From positions 1 to 62,417 of the IMG/VR virus record IMGVR_UViG_3300022871_000020: DNA of 62,417 nt; one strand, given 5' to 3'. The translations under genes were made by a program, and so were the position numbers. How positions within the stretch are numbered: the stretch's first letter is position 1; each line of letters starts with the position of its first letter. Positions 20,082 to 29,808 of this stretch are shown in pieces. The stretch is from a virus. Its lineage: Duplodnaviria > Caudoviricetes. The notes under the pieces were generated by a model. That model was not told the DNA's origin and searched no databases. It saw nothing but the letters and a program-made list of their open reading frames with translations.

Positions 20082-21944
20082 CTATAAATTATTAAGAAAT
20101 TCAACAAACTGCTCGTAAGTAATAATCTTACAACCATACTTCTTAGCAGTCTTAATCTTATTTGAAGTTGAATTAACATCATTAGTTACCAAAATATTAA
20201 CTTCTTTAGTAACACTCTTAATAAACTCTAATCCGTTCTGTTTAGACAATTCAACCCAATAATTTCTAGGTTTACTATTCTTACCAGTAAAACAAACATT
20301 GATTTTTTTAACTTCCTTAATATATTTACTATCAATCATTTCATTTAATTCATTACTCACTTCTAATAATGGTCCTAAATCATCTAAAAATTCATATAAT
20401 AATATTGCTCTTTCTGGACCGACACCATCAATTTTCATTAATTCATTAACACTCATTTCACTCAATTCAAAAAGATCGAATTGTTTTAATATTTTTTTAC
20501 TCATTCTAGTACCAACACCAGAGATATTAAAAGACGATAAAATATTGTAATCATATATGGGTTTAGATTTAACTTTTTGTATTTCACAGATTAAATTATT
20601 AGCCGACAACTCAGCAAATCCACTCAATGTGATAACATCAGAATAAGTCAGATCAAGTATTTGTTTTAATGAAGTTATCCCCTTTTCAAGAACTAATTTT
20701 TTAATTGTTCCTGGGCCAAGTTCTTCAATACCAATTCTAACAACACTATCAGTTAGTACTTTAACGATTCTCCCTGCACATTGTCTATTAGGACATATTA
20801 AATTAGGCTCATCATAAACCAAAGAACTTTGACAATCAGGACATTTAAAGGTACTGATTACTGTTCTATTAGGATCAGTAGATTTTTCAACTATTCGTTT
20901 AAATTGAGGAATAATTTCACCACACCTCTCTATTTCAATAGTATCTCCAACACAAATATCATTATCTATAACATATTTAAAATTATGAAATGACATTTTT
21001 CTATTATCAATGCCTTCAATAACAACTTTCTCAACTATTCCAACGGGAGTAATTGTGTGTTTCCCACTTTGTAATTGAATATCAAGCAATTTAGTAATTC
21101 CAGTAGGATTACCAAATTTCAATGACATATTTCCAAGGTAATGATGAGAAGTTTCACCAAGACTATCGAAATATTCTTGATCTTTTAATTTCAAAACAAG
21201 ACCATCTAATGGATATTCCCATCCTTTTAACTGTTGTATATATTTATCCCAATCAATTAATTTTAATTGGGATACAGTATACTCGTTTGAATATTTTCTA
21301 TAATCAATAAATGTTAATATTTTATCAAACTTTGGATCACTAACCTCTTCTGTTGCTAGGAGACCAATTACGGCACTTCTGGGTATTTTATATTCTTTTC
21401 CATTCTTTCTTAATAATTCGTGTTTGTGTTGTTCAAATACATTCTTAAGAAGAATTATTTCACCAAGAACTTCTATTCTAGTATCTACACCCGTATACAT
21501 TTCAAAATTAATAAGAGGAAGTTTGTGTGTGATATTTTCACCAACTTCACCTGTGTCCCCTGAAGTAGATAATGTGCCAGTGTCTCTATCTATTTTACCA
21601 GCAATACCATCAAATTTAGGTTCAAGTTTAAATACTTCGTTTTTATCTCTACTTACAGATTCAGCCCATTTAATTAATTCTGTTGAGTAATAAAATTTAG
21701 CAAGAGAAAGCATTTTTCTTTTGTGAACAACTTTATCTAATTTATTATTCTTTGCAATTAGTGAATAGCTACCTTTAAAATCTAATATGGGATTATTTGG
21801 ATCACGAGTTTTTAATTGTTCAATTATAGTATCATAACCGTAATCGCTAATTTGGGGGTCATTCATATTCCAGTATTGAAAGTTAAAATATTTGATTTGT
21901 GCAACTAATCGATTTATTTCTGCAACATTAGATTCGTTAGACAT
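20082..21944 (-). CDS. ligA: NAD-dependent DNA ligase
   Basis: MLSL, EPKFDG, DGLVLK, Zn finger (CPDC..CPN..C), HhH repeats, BRCT (CFTGK). Confidence 0.95.
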   Translation of the reverse strand: MSNESNVAEINRLVAQIKYFNFQYWNMNDPQISDYGYDTIIEQLKTRDPNNPILDFKGSYSLIAKNNKLDKVVHKRKMLSLAKFYYSTELIKWAESVSRDKNEVFKLEPKFDGIAGKIDRDTGTLSTSGDTGEVGENITHKLPLINFEMYTGVDTRIEVLGEIILLKNVFEQHKHELLRKNGKEYKIPRSAVIGLLATEEVSDPKFDKILTFIDYRKYSNEYTVSQLKLIDWDKYIQQLKGWEYPLDGLVLKLKDQEYFDSLGETSHHYLGNMSLKFGNPTGITKLLDIQLQSGKHTITPVGIVEKVVIEGIDNRKMSFHNFKYVIDNDICVGDTIEIERCGEIIPQFKRIVEKSTDPNRTVISTFKCPDCQSSLVYDEPNLICPNRQCAGRIVKVLTDSVVRIGIEELGPGTIKKLVLEKGITSLKQILDLTYSDVITLSGFAELSANNLICEIQKVKSKPIYDYNILSSFNISGVGTRMSKKILKQFDLFELSEMSVNELMKIDGVGPERAILLYEFLDDLGPLLEVSNELNEMIDSKYIKEVKKINVCFTGKNSKPRNYWVELSKQNGLEFIKSVTKEVNILVTNDVNSTSNKIKTAKKYGCKIITYEQFVEFLNNL

Positions 21945-21976
21945 AGTAATTTTCCTTTTTTTTAGTTAATAGTTGC

Positions 21977-22417
21977 TTACAAGTAACTTTTTATTTTATG
22001 GTTTCGTACAGCATCATTCGCAAGTTGATCAGCAAGATTATTATATCTATCTGTTGCATGAGCTTTAACTTTAAAAAATTCAACATCGTCAAATTTAGCT
22101 AACTCATCTTTAGTTTTCTGTATTAACTCTTTATTTTTAATTGCTTTATTCTTTGTTAATGCTCCGATTGAATATTGACTATCTGAATAAATTTCAATCC
22201 TTATTGAACCATCAACATTCTTTAATGATTGAACTGAAAGTAATATTGCATTCAATTCAGCTATATTGTTTGTTAGATTATCTCCGAGATATTGGGATAG
22301 GTGAAATTCTCTTCCATCTGGATATAATATTACTGCTCCAGCTCCCGAAGGACCTGGGTTTTTTGGCATCGTACTTCCATCAGTGTATATTCTAATTGTC
22401 TCGTTCATGCCGTCCAT
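21977..22417 (-). CDS. rnhA: ribonuclease HI
   Basis: IYTDGS..NPGPSG, TNNIAEL, SDSQY, KVKAH..N..AD.LA. Confidence 0.95.
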   Translation of the reverse strand: MDGMNETIRIYTDGSTMPKNPGPSGAGAVILYPDGREFHLSQYLGDNLTNNIAELNAILLSVQSLKNVDGSIRIEIYSDSQYSIGALTKNKAIKNKELIQKTKDELAKFDDVEFFKVKAHATDRYNNLADQLANDAVRNHKIKSYL

Positions 22418-22803
22418 TCCTCATCTTCTTTAATAATTTGCCAACAATGGTCTTTTGTATGTATTGGAAATTCAATACAATTATCGCCATCACAATCACA
22501 ATTAACTGCCCAAAATGCACCCTCCAAGAATTGAACTATTCCTCGAAATGAAGATGTTGTTTCCCCACTATGAACTTGTTGTACTATGTCGTTTTCAAAT
22601 ATTGGAATATTATTAATATCCCTTTCGCCAGTGCATTGATCAATACTTTTAATATTATTGAAACTAAGATAATTAGCATCTAACCAAGGTCTTAATTTGA
22701 TTGGGATTTCTTTAAGAGTAAATGTTTCAACAAATACAGAATCGATATTTTTTGTTACTGTGTATCTAAATAGATTTTTATCCATATCAATCTTTGTCTC
22801 CAT
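22405..22803 (-). CDS. YopX-family protein (paralog 2)
   Basis: QCTGERDINNIPIFENDIV...V.FLEGAF. Confidence 0.75.
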   Translation of the reverse strand: METKIDMDKNLFRYTVTKNIDSVFVETFTLKEIPIKLRPWLDANYLSFNNIKSIDQCTGERDINNIPIFENDIVQQVHSGETTSSFRGIVQFLEGAFWAVNCDCDGDNCIEFPIHTKDHCWQIIKEDEEWTA

Positions 22804-23140
22804 CTAGTATTTCCCATTGCCGAGTTTCACTAAATACTGAAAAAGCAAATTCATCATTAATTACCCAAAAAGTACCTTCAAGAAATTTAACTGTTCCACA
22901 GAATAGATCACTGTCTTGATCATCATTAATTCTCTGTACACAATCATTTTCAAAAATAGGTTTTTCATGAGCATCATTTTCACCAGTGTATTGATGAATA
23001 CTTACAATATCATTAACACTACAATAATTAGCCTCTAACCAAGGTCGTAATCTATCGGAAATGTCTTCTATTCTGAATATTCTAATAAATTTAATATTGT
23101 CACGATTTCTAACAGTGTACTTAAATGTATTTTTACACAT
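22787..23140 (-). CDS. YopX-family protein (paralog 1)
   Basis: QYTGENDAHEKPIFENDCV; shares LRPWLxANY with its neighbour. Confidence 0.75.
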   Translation of the reverse strand: MCKNTFKYTVRNRDNIKFIRIFRIEDISDRLRPWLEANYCSVNDIVSIHQYTGENDAHEKPIFENDCVQRINDDQDSDLFCGTVKFLEGTFWVINDEFAFSVFSETRQWEILDGDKD

Positions 23141-23321
23141 GATTGTCCTCCGTTAATCAAATTTAACTCCAAAAATTGTAAAGCATGGACTAACTGTTTT
23201 TACACTCCCACCAGTACTTGTTTTAGTTCTAGCAAGCCTCCACCCAAACACATTAGTTACTACATCATACGTTTTAAGATATTCGTTCCATAACCATTTA
23301 CGATAAACAAAACTAAACATT

Positions 23322-23876
23322 TTACATTTGATTTGATTTATCATGATTTATCACATATGTTTGATTAATATTGAGGGGTTTACTCATCATGATCTCAACA
23401 ACTTGGACAAAACTAACTGGTTTAAAATCATTACAATCAACACCAACATCCATTGATTTTCCTAACCCTTCTGTTTTACCATGAGCATGACCATACAAAT
23501 GCCATGAACCATAATTACTTGCAGGCCATGTCATCATTGGATAATGACAACAAATGACTTGCTGTTTATCAAATACTGTTTGCCAAATATGGGATCTCTT
23601 AGGTTCAGTACTCTTCTTTAACCAATAATCGTGTGATCCAGGAATGAAAATATGATTGCCATTGAGTTTTTTAATATAGTTTTTTAACACATATAAATAT
23701 TCTCTACTTGCTAAACAAAAATCTCCAACATGTATTGTCATATCCTGTCGAGTAACAATATTATTATGGTTTTGAATAATTGTTTTATCCATCTCTTCTA
23801 TGTCTGAAAATGGTCTATTACAATATTCAATAATTTTTTTATGGCCATAGTGTTCATCAGAAGTGAAATAATACAT
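23322..23876 (-). CDS. calcineurin-like metallophosphoesterase
   Basis: FTSDEHYGH, HVGD, GSHD, CHYP, HLYGHAH, DVGVD. Confidence 0.9.
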   Translation of the reverse strand: MYYFTSDEHYGHKKIIEYCNRPFSDIEEMDKTIIQNHNNIVTRQDMTIHVGDFCLASREYLYVLKNYIKKLNGNHIFIPGSHDYWLKKSTEPKRSHIWQTVFDKQQVICCHYPMMTWPASNYGSWHLYGHAHGKTEGLGKSMDVGVDCNDFKPVSFVQVVEIMMSKPLNINQTYVINHDKSNQM

Positions 23877-24193
23877 TACATACCATCTCTTTGTGTATTA
23901 GTAAAATATACCATATCATTAATCCCATGTTGTGATTTTAAATATTTTTTAAAACATAATTCACAAACTAATTCTTGCCCATGATCGTCAGTTGAATAAA
24001 AGTCATTTTCTGGTGTACATTGACTTACTTTTTTACATACACAGCAAAGACAATCTTTATACCCACGATCTTCATGGATTGTTCTAATGGGATCATTTAA
24101 TGAAATTTTACTGTCACAATTTTTCATTAATTCATTAACTCTTTTTTGTGCATCCGTCAATTTAATTGGTTTTTTCTTTTTGAGTTTTTTCAT
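23876..24193 (-). CDS. hypothetical Zn-finger protein
   Basis: CxxC and CELC pairs. Confidence 0.55.
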   Translation of the reverse strand: MKKLKKKKPIKLTDAQKRVNELMKNCDSKISLNDPIRTIHEDRGYKDCLCCVCKKVSQCTPENDFYSTDDHGQELVCELCFKKYLKSQHGINDMVYFTNTQRDGM

Positions 24194-24423
24194 AAATTTT
24201 CTCCTTTATTCTCAAGCAGATCTATTGTACTCAACAATGATTGATGCCAACCAAGCATGAAGAATTTGCCAGCAATTTCAAGTTCATGTTTTGTCAGTTC
24301 AATGTCATCAATATGATATCTCATGATTTTATTAAATCTTCTTTCTCCTTCGCTTAATTCAGTTACTGTGTTTTTAGTTTTATATTTTGGCATTGCTTAG
24401 GTTCCTTTTTAATTTTAGTTTTT

Positions 24424-24570
24424 AAACGACTATTTTACACCCAAGGAAAGTCGTCAACCTTTCGTATAGCACGAGTTTCAGCTAGTGTTCCCTAGTAGAA
24501 TGGTGAGGTTAGTGGATTTCCATCCGTCGACTTTCCCACGCCACGTCATCGGATAACCGATCATCCTACA
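24424..24570 (-). ncRNA. putative structured RNA
   Basis: GC-rich intergenic stretch with several hairpins (AUCGG/CCGAU, GGAU/AUCC, CUAG/CUAG, ACGACU/AGUCGU). Confidence 0.45.
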
Positions 24571-24571
24571 A

Positions 24572-24642
24572 ATTCAGTTATAGGAGTTGAACCTATCTCG
24601 GATCGATCCTGTAAAGCGTCACCGGTCGCTTTCGAACTGAAT
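24572..24642 (-). ncRNA. tRNA-like element without a normal anticodon arm
   Basis: Acceptor AUUCAGUU/AACUGAAU, T-arm AUAGG-UUCAACU-CCUAU, 6-bp D-like hairpin; anticodon region only GGAUCGAUCC. Confidence 0.55.
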
Positions 24643-24754
24643 ATTTTAAAACAAATCTATCCTTTTTTGAAGAATGTCAGCATACTTTGACATAAATTGA
24701 AACTGTCTACGGAGTAAATATCTTTCTTTTTGAGGTAAATTCAAAAAATTCGGG

Positions 24755-25087
24755 TTATTCGAGATAAAAGAAGTCATAATAACTACCGTCAATTTTATTG
24801 ATACCATATTCAAGATATTTAACACTGTCATATATCTTACTTGCACAAATAAGTGCATCTTCAATAGTATAATAAACTGTAGATTGTCCCCAATTATCTT
24901 TCATATATTCATGTAAATCAGTTAAATTCTCTTCATATTCCAATTGACTAAAATTATCAATTGCAGAAACATGTGCTACTCGATATGCTATTCGTTTATC
25001 TTCAATAGAAACTTTAACTTTAGTTTCTTTTTCAATGATATAACTATCTGACGTCTTAAGGATATAAATTCCGTTGTCTTTGCTCAT
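24755..25087 (-). CDS. hypothetical protein (start MSKDNGIY)
   Basis: RBS before ATG at 25087. Confidence 0.6.
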   Translation of the reverse strand: MSKDNGIYILKTSDSYIIEKETKVKVSIEDKRIAYRVAHVSAIDNFSQLEYEENLTDLHEYMKDNWGQSTVYYTIEDALICASKIYDSVKYLEYGINKIDGSYYDFFYLE

Positions 25088-25212
25088 GTTATTCTCTCTT
25101 CTTTTTAGTGTTTTTATTTGTTCATTGAAAGACGGAGGGTCGCATAATTGAAATTCTAGAGGGACAGCCATTTGTGGTGCTGACAACAATTCTGATAATA
25201 TACATGTGATTG

Positions 25213-28109
25213 TCATATCTCTCCCTTTTCAATTTTGTCAACTTGACCAGTTTGCCAATGACCCATCCAAATACGTTCATGAATAGATAATTTTTCAATA
25301 TCGACATCAGAAAACGAATTAATGTTTCCTAGCGTTGTTTTATTCGGTTGATATAACGCTCCAAGAGTCGGGCTCAGGTTCATTGCAAGTGTCTTTTCAC
25401 CAAACTTTTTTACTGCTGGTTGATCTGGATCATATCTCCAAAATCTTTTATTGTCTTTATTTTTATTAATAACAAACATATTACATAATAGAATTTCAAT
25501 AAAACTACTATACGGAGTTCCAACAGTCAGAAGATGTGACATGATGTCTTCATAATAAATCACAGGGGATTTTTTGACTTTATTATTAGTTTTTAATATC
25601 TCCTTTACATTGTTCATAATTTCAATTGCATCAATGTTTTTTACTTCCCCAGTGAAATAATCAAAATATGATTTATTATTAATTGATTCTTTAAATCCTT
25701 GAATTTTATCAATATTATTTGGAATCTCTTCTGTATTGAATTCAATTATATATTGTTTTAATTCTGGGTTGTGAATAATATTTGTTAGATGGTTTTGAAT
25801 GAAATCTTTTACTGATTGGTTAATTTCTAGATTGGCTGAACCACTGTGATGGAACGCTTAATGTTCAAAAAGAATCGCTAATTCTTTTCCGGAACTATTT
25901 TTTTGTTCCTGCTCTATATTTCTATAAAGAACGGACTATATTACCATCCTTTTCAAAGGATGTTCTCTACTTCCACTCGCTTGAGTGTACTCCCCATGAC
26001 GGGATAGTCTCTGCACCTTTAATATAAATATTAGCAATATTTATAAAACTTGGCTCAGTATTGTCTTCGTCTTTACACGCTAAGAGATCTACTGAATTCA
26101 AAGAATTTTTCGACTAGGATTACTCCTAGAAGCGACCATTTTCATTAATCGCATTATTAGCTGAGTCAATCTTTCCGAAACAACTTGACCAGAAACAACT
26201 CCAACACACTCTGTAGGTAATTTTCTTGTACCGAAACATTTTCGACATAATTTAAAATTCGGTGTTTGACATGTCATTGGTGATCGTATTAATATTTTCA
26301 AATTAATAAGTGATCTTGCTGTAGGTAGATTAAGAATCTCCCAATCCATTGCTGAATCTTGTGGATCTTTATAATATTTACCAACAAGTGATTTTGCATG
26401 TTTCTCACTGAATATGATAAATTCAATACCATGTTCTGTTCCACAATCTTCTTCGATAATCTCAACTATTCCAAGTGCCATTGTTAACGTTCTTTCGAGA
26501 TAACCACTGAGAGGAGTTTCTGATGCTTTATCAACAAGCAGTTGATTCAATTATATTTCTATAACTGTTGGACTCTATCTTGTAAGAAATAGTGTAATTT
26601 ATTAATTACCCGTCGTAATTCTTTTTCAGTTAATCCTTTTTCTTTTTCAACAATAAGTTTTTCATATAAATATGAAAATTTATAAAATTCAACAGATTTT
26701 TTTATTGATTGTAATTTATTAGTATAAAAAAATGGTAGGACTAATTCTAATTGTTTATCAAAAATCAATACATATTTATTGTCTGTTAATTGTTTAACTT
26801 TACCAATATTTTTAAATCGTTTCTTAATTTTATATAATACTTGAATACTTTGACTGTATATCACTATCCGAAATTTATAACATTTGTGATATTGTTTAAC
26901 TTCAAATATTCCTTTTTCAGAATCAAATAAACCTAATATGTACTGAGGATGCATTTCTTCTTACCTTATCGTATAGTCTCTGAGATTTCTTACTAATGTT
27001 ATATTAATAAGCCTTATCTGCTGATTGCCCAATTCTTTAAATTTTAACATTATAAACCTGTTATAATGTATTAAAGACTCTAAGGGGATTCCAGCATATA
27101 GATAAATTTTAAAAGAGCCTTGTTGTTAACCCTTACGAGAACCTGGAGAACCAAGAAAATAATCCTCGATACTTAAACCTTTCATTAAGTGAGTACAAGT
27201 TGGAGTAGGAACGACAATATTTTCAGTATCTGCAACATAACCTATATTTATACAGGATCGTGCAAGTTGTTGTTTCGACATCCTACTGCCACTTTTATAA
27301 AGACGAAACAAATTTGATTTTGGATCCATTGAAGTAACACAATAATCAGTCAATGTTTCGTTCAAATAGAAACCCAAATACGGATTAAAATGTGGAAGTT
27401 TTTGAAATAATTTTTCAGTTTTATCATCAACAACATTAGCCATTTCACCAACATCTATAGTTGGGTTATGATTAGTTGAAGATATAAAAAAGAACAAACG
27501 TTTACTAAAATCAGTTAATTGGTCATAGAAATTATCTGGATCATATTGATAGAGGATCTCACTAATTTCATTAGATTCATTCTTTGCAACAGTTTTATTA
27601 ATAAGAACTGTATCGAAACCTAACCATTTATTCAATAGACACACACCATAAGTATAATGATTGTCTTTGAATTTAACTGGTTGTTGAAGATGATCGTTCC
27701 AATAATCGAAATCTTCTGGTAATTTTTCTAATTCGTCTAACTCAATTATATCATTTTTCCAACTATCAAAGTCTGGATTAATGTCTTCTGTTAGAATATA
27801 ACAACAATATAATGCTTCATGTCTAACTGTACTAAGCATTTCATTATTTGAATCGTATCTAAATGTGTTCTTTAAGAATGCCTTTTCTTTCATTTCTTTT
27901 AGAGCTTCGACACTATTTATTATATAGATCGCAAGCTCGTCACCATCAAAATCGGCATTAAGGGGAGCTAACATCAATGGTGATAATCCAATTGACAAAT
28001 CATCATCATCAGAAGGTATTATTTCAACACATGGTATTGAATGGCGCCATAGCGAAGGTTGACGGTTAAGATAAGCAAGTTTACTAAGTCGTTTAATTTC
28101 TGGTTTCAT
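25213..28109 (-). CDS. rpoC: RNA polymerase beta' catalytic/C-terminal piece; exons 28109-27129, 26538-26148, 25856-25213 (671 aa spliced)
   Basis: LNRQPSLWR, NADFDGDE. Splicing restores SRKG/LVDKASETPLSGYLER (bridge helix) and TQLIMRS/FHHSG (trigger loop); RSPMTC..CRKCFG Zn site. Confidence 0.92.
25857..26147 (-). ncRNA. group I intron in the beta' trigger-loop motif
   Basis: GCGAU/GUCGC P1; CUGAGCCAAG; AGAGACUA..AAUAUAGUCC; terminal G. Confidence 0.9.
26539..27128 (-). ncRNA. group I intron in the beta' bridge helix, carrying a LAGLIDADG ORF
   Basis: AAGGGU/GCUCUU P1; AUGCUGGAA..AAUCAGCAG; UCAGAGACUA..AAGAUAGAGUCC; terminal G. Confidence 0.9.
26559..26954 (-). CDS. intron-encoded single-motif LAGLIDADG homing endonuclease
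   Basis: YILGLFDSEKGIF, VLYKIKKRF.NIGKV, VLPFF...KLQS.KK..EF..F. Confidence 0.8.
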   Translation of the reverse strand: MHPQYILGLFDSEKGIFEVKQYHKCYKFRIVIYSQSIQVLYKIKKRFKNIGKVKQLTDNKYVLIFDKQLELVLPFFYTNKLQSIKKSVEFYKFSYLYEKLIVEKEKGLTEKELRRVINKLHYFLQDRVQQL

Positions 28110-28130
28110 AAATTTCCTTTCTCGAATTAA

Positions 28131-28880
28131 TTATACCAATAATAATGACCCTCCATTATTATAAATAATACTTGCATCTTCGTATGATATATCTAATGGG
28201 ATTACATCCCAATGAGTTTTACCAGTTTTAATATTAGATATAGTCATTGGACAAACATCAAACAGTTCTGATATTCTGAGTTGAGTTAATTTATTTTCTT
28301 TTAATAGTATTTTAATTAAACAAACTTGATTACGAAATAGTTTTAATGGTTTACGTTCAATATCTAATTTAGATAAATCTTCACCAACAGTTGACCATAA
28401 TTCTCCTCTTTTTATATTTGACATTAAAGCTTTACTCATACCATGTTTTTTAGCCACATCTTCTAAGAATACTCCATCTTTAATATCTTGTTTAATTGCA
28501 AGTATTTTTTTATCCGAAAGTTTAATCTTTTCGCTACCCGTTTCTAAATTATCATGATTATTAACAGCATGAGTTGCCCAAGAAATATTACCAATGTAAT
28601 TATCTGCAGGATCTTGATTTGGATAATGACGACATTCATGTCCTTTTGGACGTAAACTAACAAATATTTCTAACATTAAATTATGAATAAAAATCGTTCG
28701 TCTTCCTAAATAATTATACAATGTAACTGCTAAATATCCATCATGATTAACTGCTGGTTTTAACAATTTTTGATTCTTGTATGTATATACTTTTCCATAG
28801 GTACTAACTGTGTACATTGGAAAGTCTGGGTGTATTGCCCATAGTTCAGGTTCTCGTTCTCGTTTAATTTCTGGTTTCAC
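28131..28880 (-). CDS. NUMOD4-HNH homing endonuclease with C-terminal HTH repeats
   Basis: YTVSTYGKV, DGYLAVTL, IHNLMLEIF, CRH....DN...N..W.T...N. Confidence 0.85.
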   Translation of the reverse strand: MKPEIKREREPELWAIHPDFPMYTVSTYGKVYTYKNQKLLKPAVNHDGYLAVTLYNYLGRRTIFIHNLMLEIFVSLRPKGHECRHYPNQDPADNYIGNISWATHAVNNHDNLETGSEKIKLSDKKILAIKQDIKDGVFLEDVAKKHGMSKALMSNIKRGELWSTVGEDLSKLDIERKPLKLFRNQVCLIKILLKENKLTQLRISELFDVCPMTISNIKTGKTHWDVIPLDISYEDASIIYNNGGSLLLV

Positions 28881-28892
28881 AAAACTCTCCTA

Positions 28893-29144
28893 TTAAATAC
28901 CAAGTTTTTCCTTAACATCATCAACAGACTTTTTAGTTCCAGCATAAAATCCAAGACCACTTATTGGACCGAACATTCCACCATCAGCAAACAAAATGGA
29001 TCTTTCAATAATAACAGCATTTATCTGTTCGCCATTAAAAATTTTATGATATTGAAGTCCATCCCACACATCAACATAAACCCGTCCACCTTTATTTAAT
29101 TTAATATCAAGGTCATTGTCTTCCGCAATTAATTCTATAGCCAT
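28893..29144 (-). CDS. hypothetical paralog A3
   Basis: LIAEDNDLDIKLNKGGR...GFYAGTKKSVDDVK; RBS-supported start at MAIEL. Confidence 0.75.
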   Translation of the reverse strand: MAIELIAEDNDLDIKLNKGGRVYVDVWDGLQYHKIFNGEQINAVIIERSILFADGGMFGPISGLGFYAGTKKSVDDVKEKLGI

Positions 29145-29197
29145 GATCGTTTCTCCTATTTTATTCTTCACTATAATCATAAAACCATACCAAACAT

Positions 29198-29245
29198 TTA
29201 ATTGAGATAAGCAAGCTCACTAAGTCGTTTAATTTCTGGTTTCAC
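29198..29245 (-). pseudogene. truncated duplicate of the beta'C 5' end (MKPEIKRLSELAYLN*)
   Basis: Near-identical to 28065-28109, with its own RBS. Confidence 0.8.
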
Positions 29246-29254
29246 AAACTCTCC

Positions 29255-29515
29255 TCATTGTAGTTCAAGTTTTTTCTTAACATCATCAACAGATTTTTTT
29301 GTTCCCATATACACCCCTGCACCAGCCCAAGGACTACCTTTTCCACTCCAAGGATCTCCTATTTGAACATCGCCAAACAAAATAGTATTTTCAATAGCCA
29401 TTGGATTAACTTTTTCATGAAATATAACTTCGTCATTAATTTCAATAGTTACCCAACTATTTTCAGGTACAATGATGTTTGTTCCAGGATCTTCAGCAAT
29501 TAAATTCATTCCCAT
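29255..29515 (-). CDS. hypothetical paralog A2
   Basis: LIAED...IENTILFGD...GVYMGTKKSVDDVK. Confidence 0.75.
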   Translation of the reverse strand: MGMNLIAEDPGTNIIVPENSWVTIEINDEVIFHEKVNPMAIENTILFGDVQIGDPWSGKGSPWAGAGVYMGTKKSVDDVKKKLELQ

Positions 29516-29537
29516 AATAATTCTCCATTAAAAACTG

Positions 29538-29789
29538 TTAAATGTCAAGTTTTTTCTTAACACCATCAACAGACTTTTTAGTTCCAGCATAAAACCCAAA
29601 TCCACTTATTGGACCGAACATTCCATTATCAGCAAACAAAATAGAACTTTCAATAATAACAGCGTTTATCTGTTCGCCATTAAAAATTTTATGATTTTGA
29701 TGTCCATCTGACACATCGACATAAATCCGTCCACCTTTATTTAATTTAATATCAAGGTCATTATCTTCAGCAAGTAAATTAAAACTCAT
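29538..29789 (-). CDS. hypothetical paralog A1
   Basis: Near-identical to A3; RBS-supported start at MSFNL. Confidence 0.75.
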   Translation of the reverse strand: MSFNLLAEDNDLDIKLNKGGRIYVDVSDGHQNHKIFNGEQINAVIIESSILFADNGMFGPISGFGFYAGTKKSVDGVKKKLDI

Positions 29790-29808
29790 TTTTAATTCTC
29801 CTATATTA

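Noticed and set aside
24500-24570. Hammerhead ribozyme
   Set aside because: Core reads CCGAUGA rather than CUGAUGA, and stems I-III could not be assembled
14507-28109. Stop-codon reassignment to explain the fragmented RNAP ORFs
   Set aside because: The gaps contain group I intron cores, splicing restores the motifs, and other genes read normally in code 11
28110-29808. One large intron joining beta'N and beta'C
   Set aside because: No P7 (GACUA/UAGUC) core or P1 seen; beta'C has its own RBS and ATG
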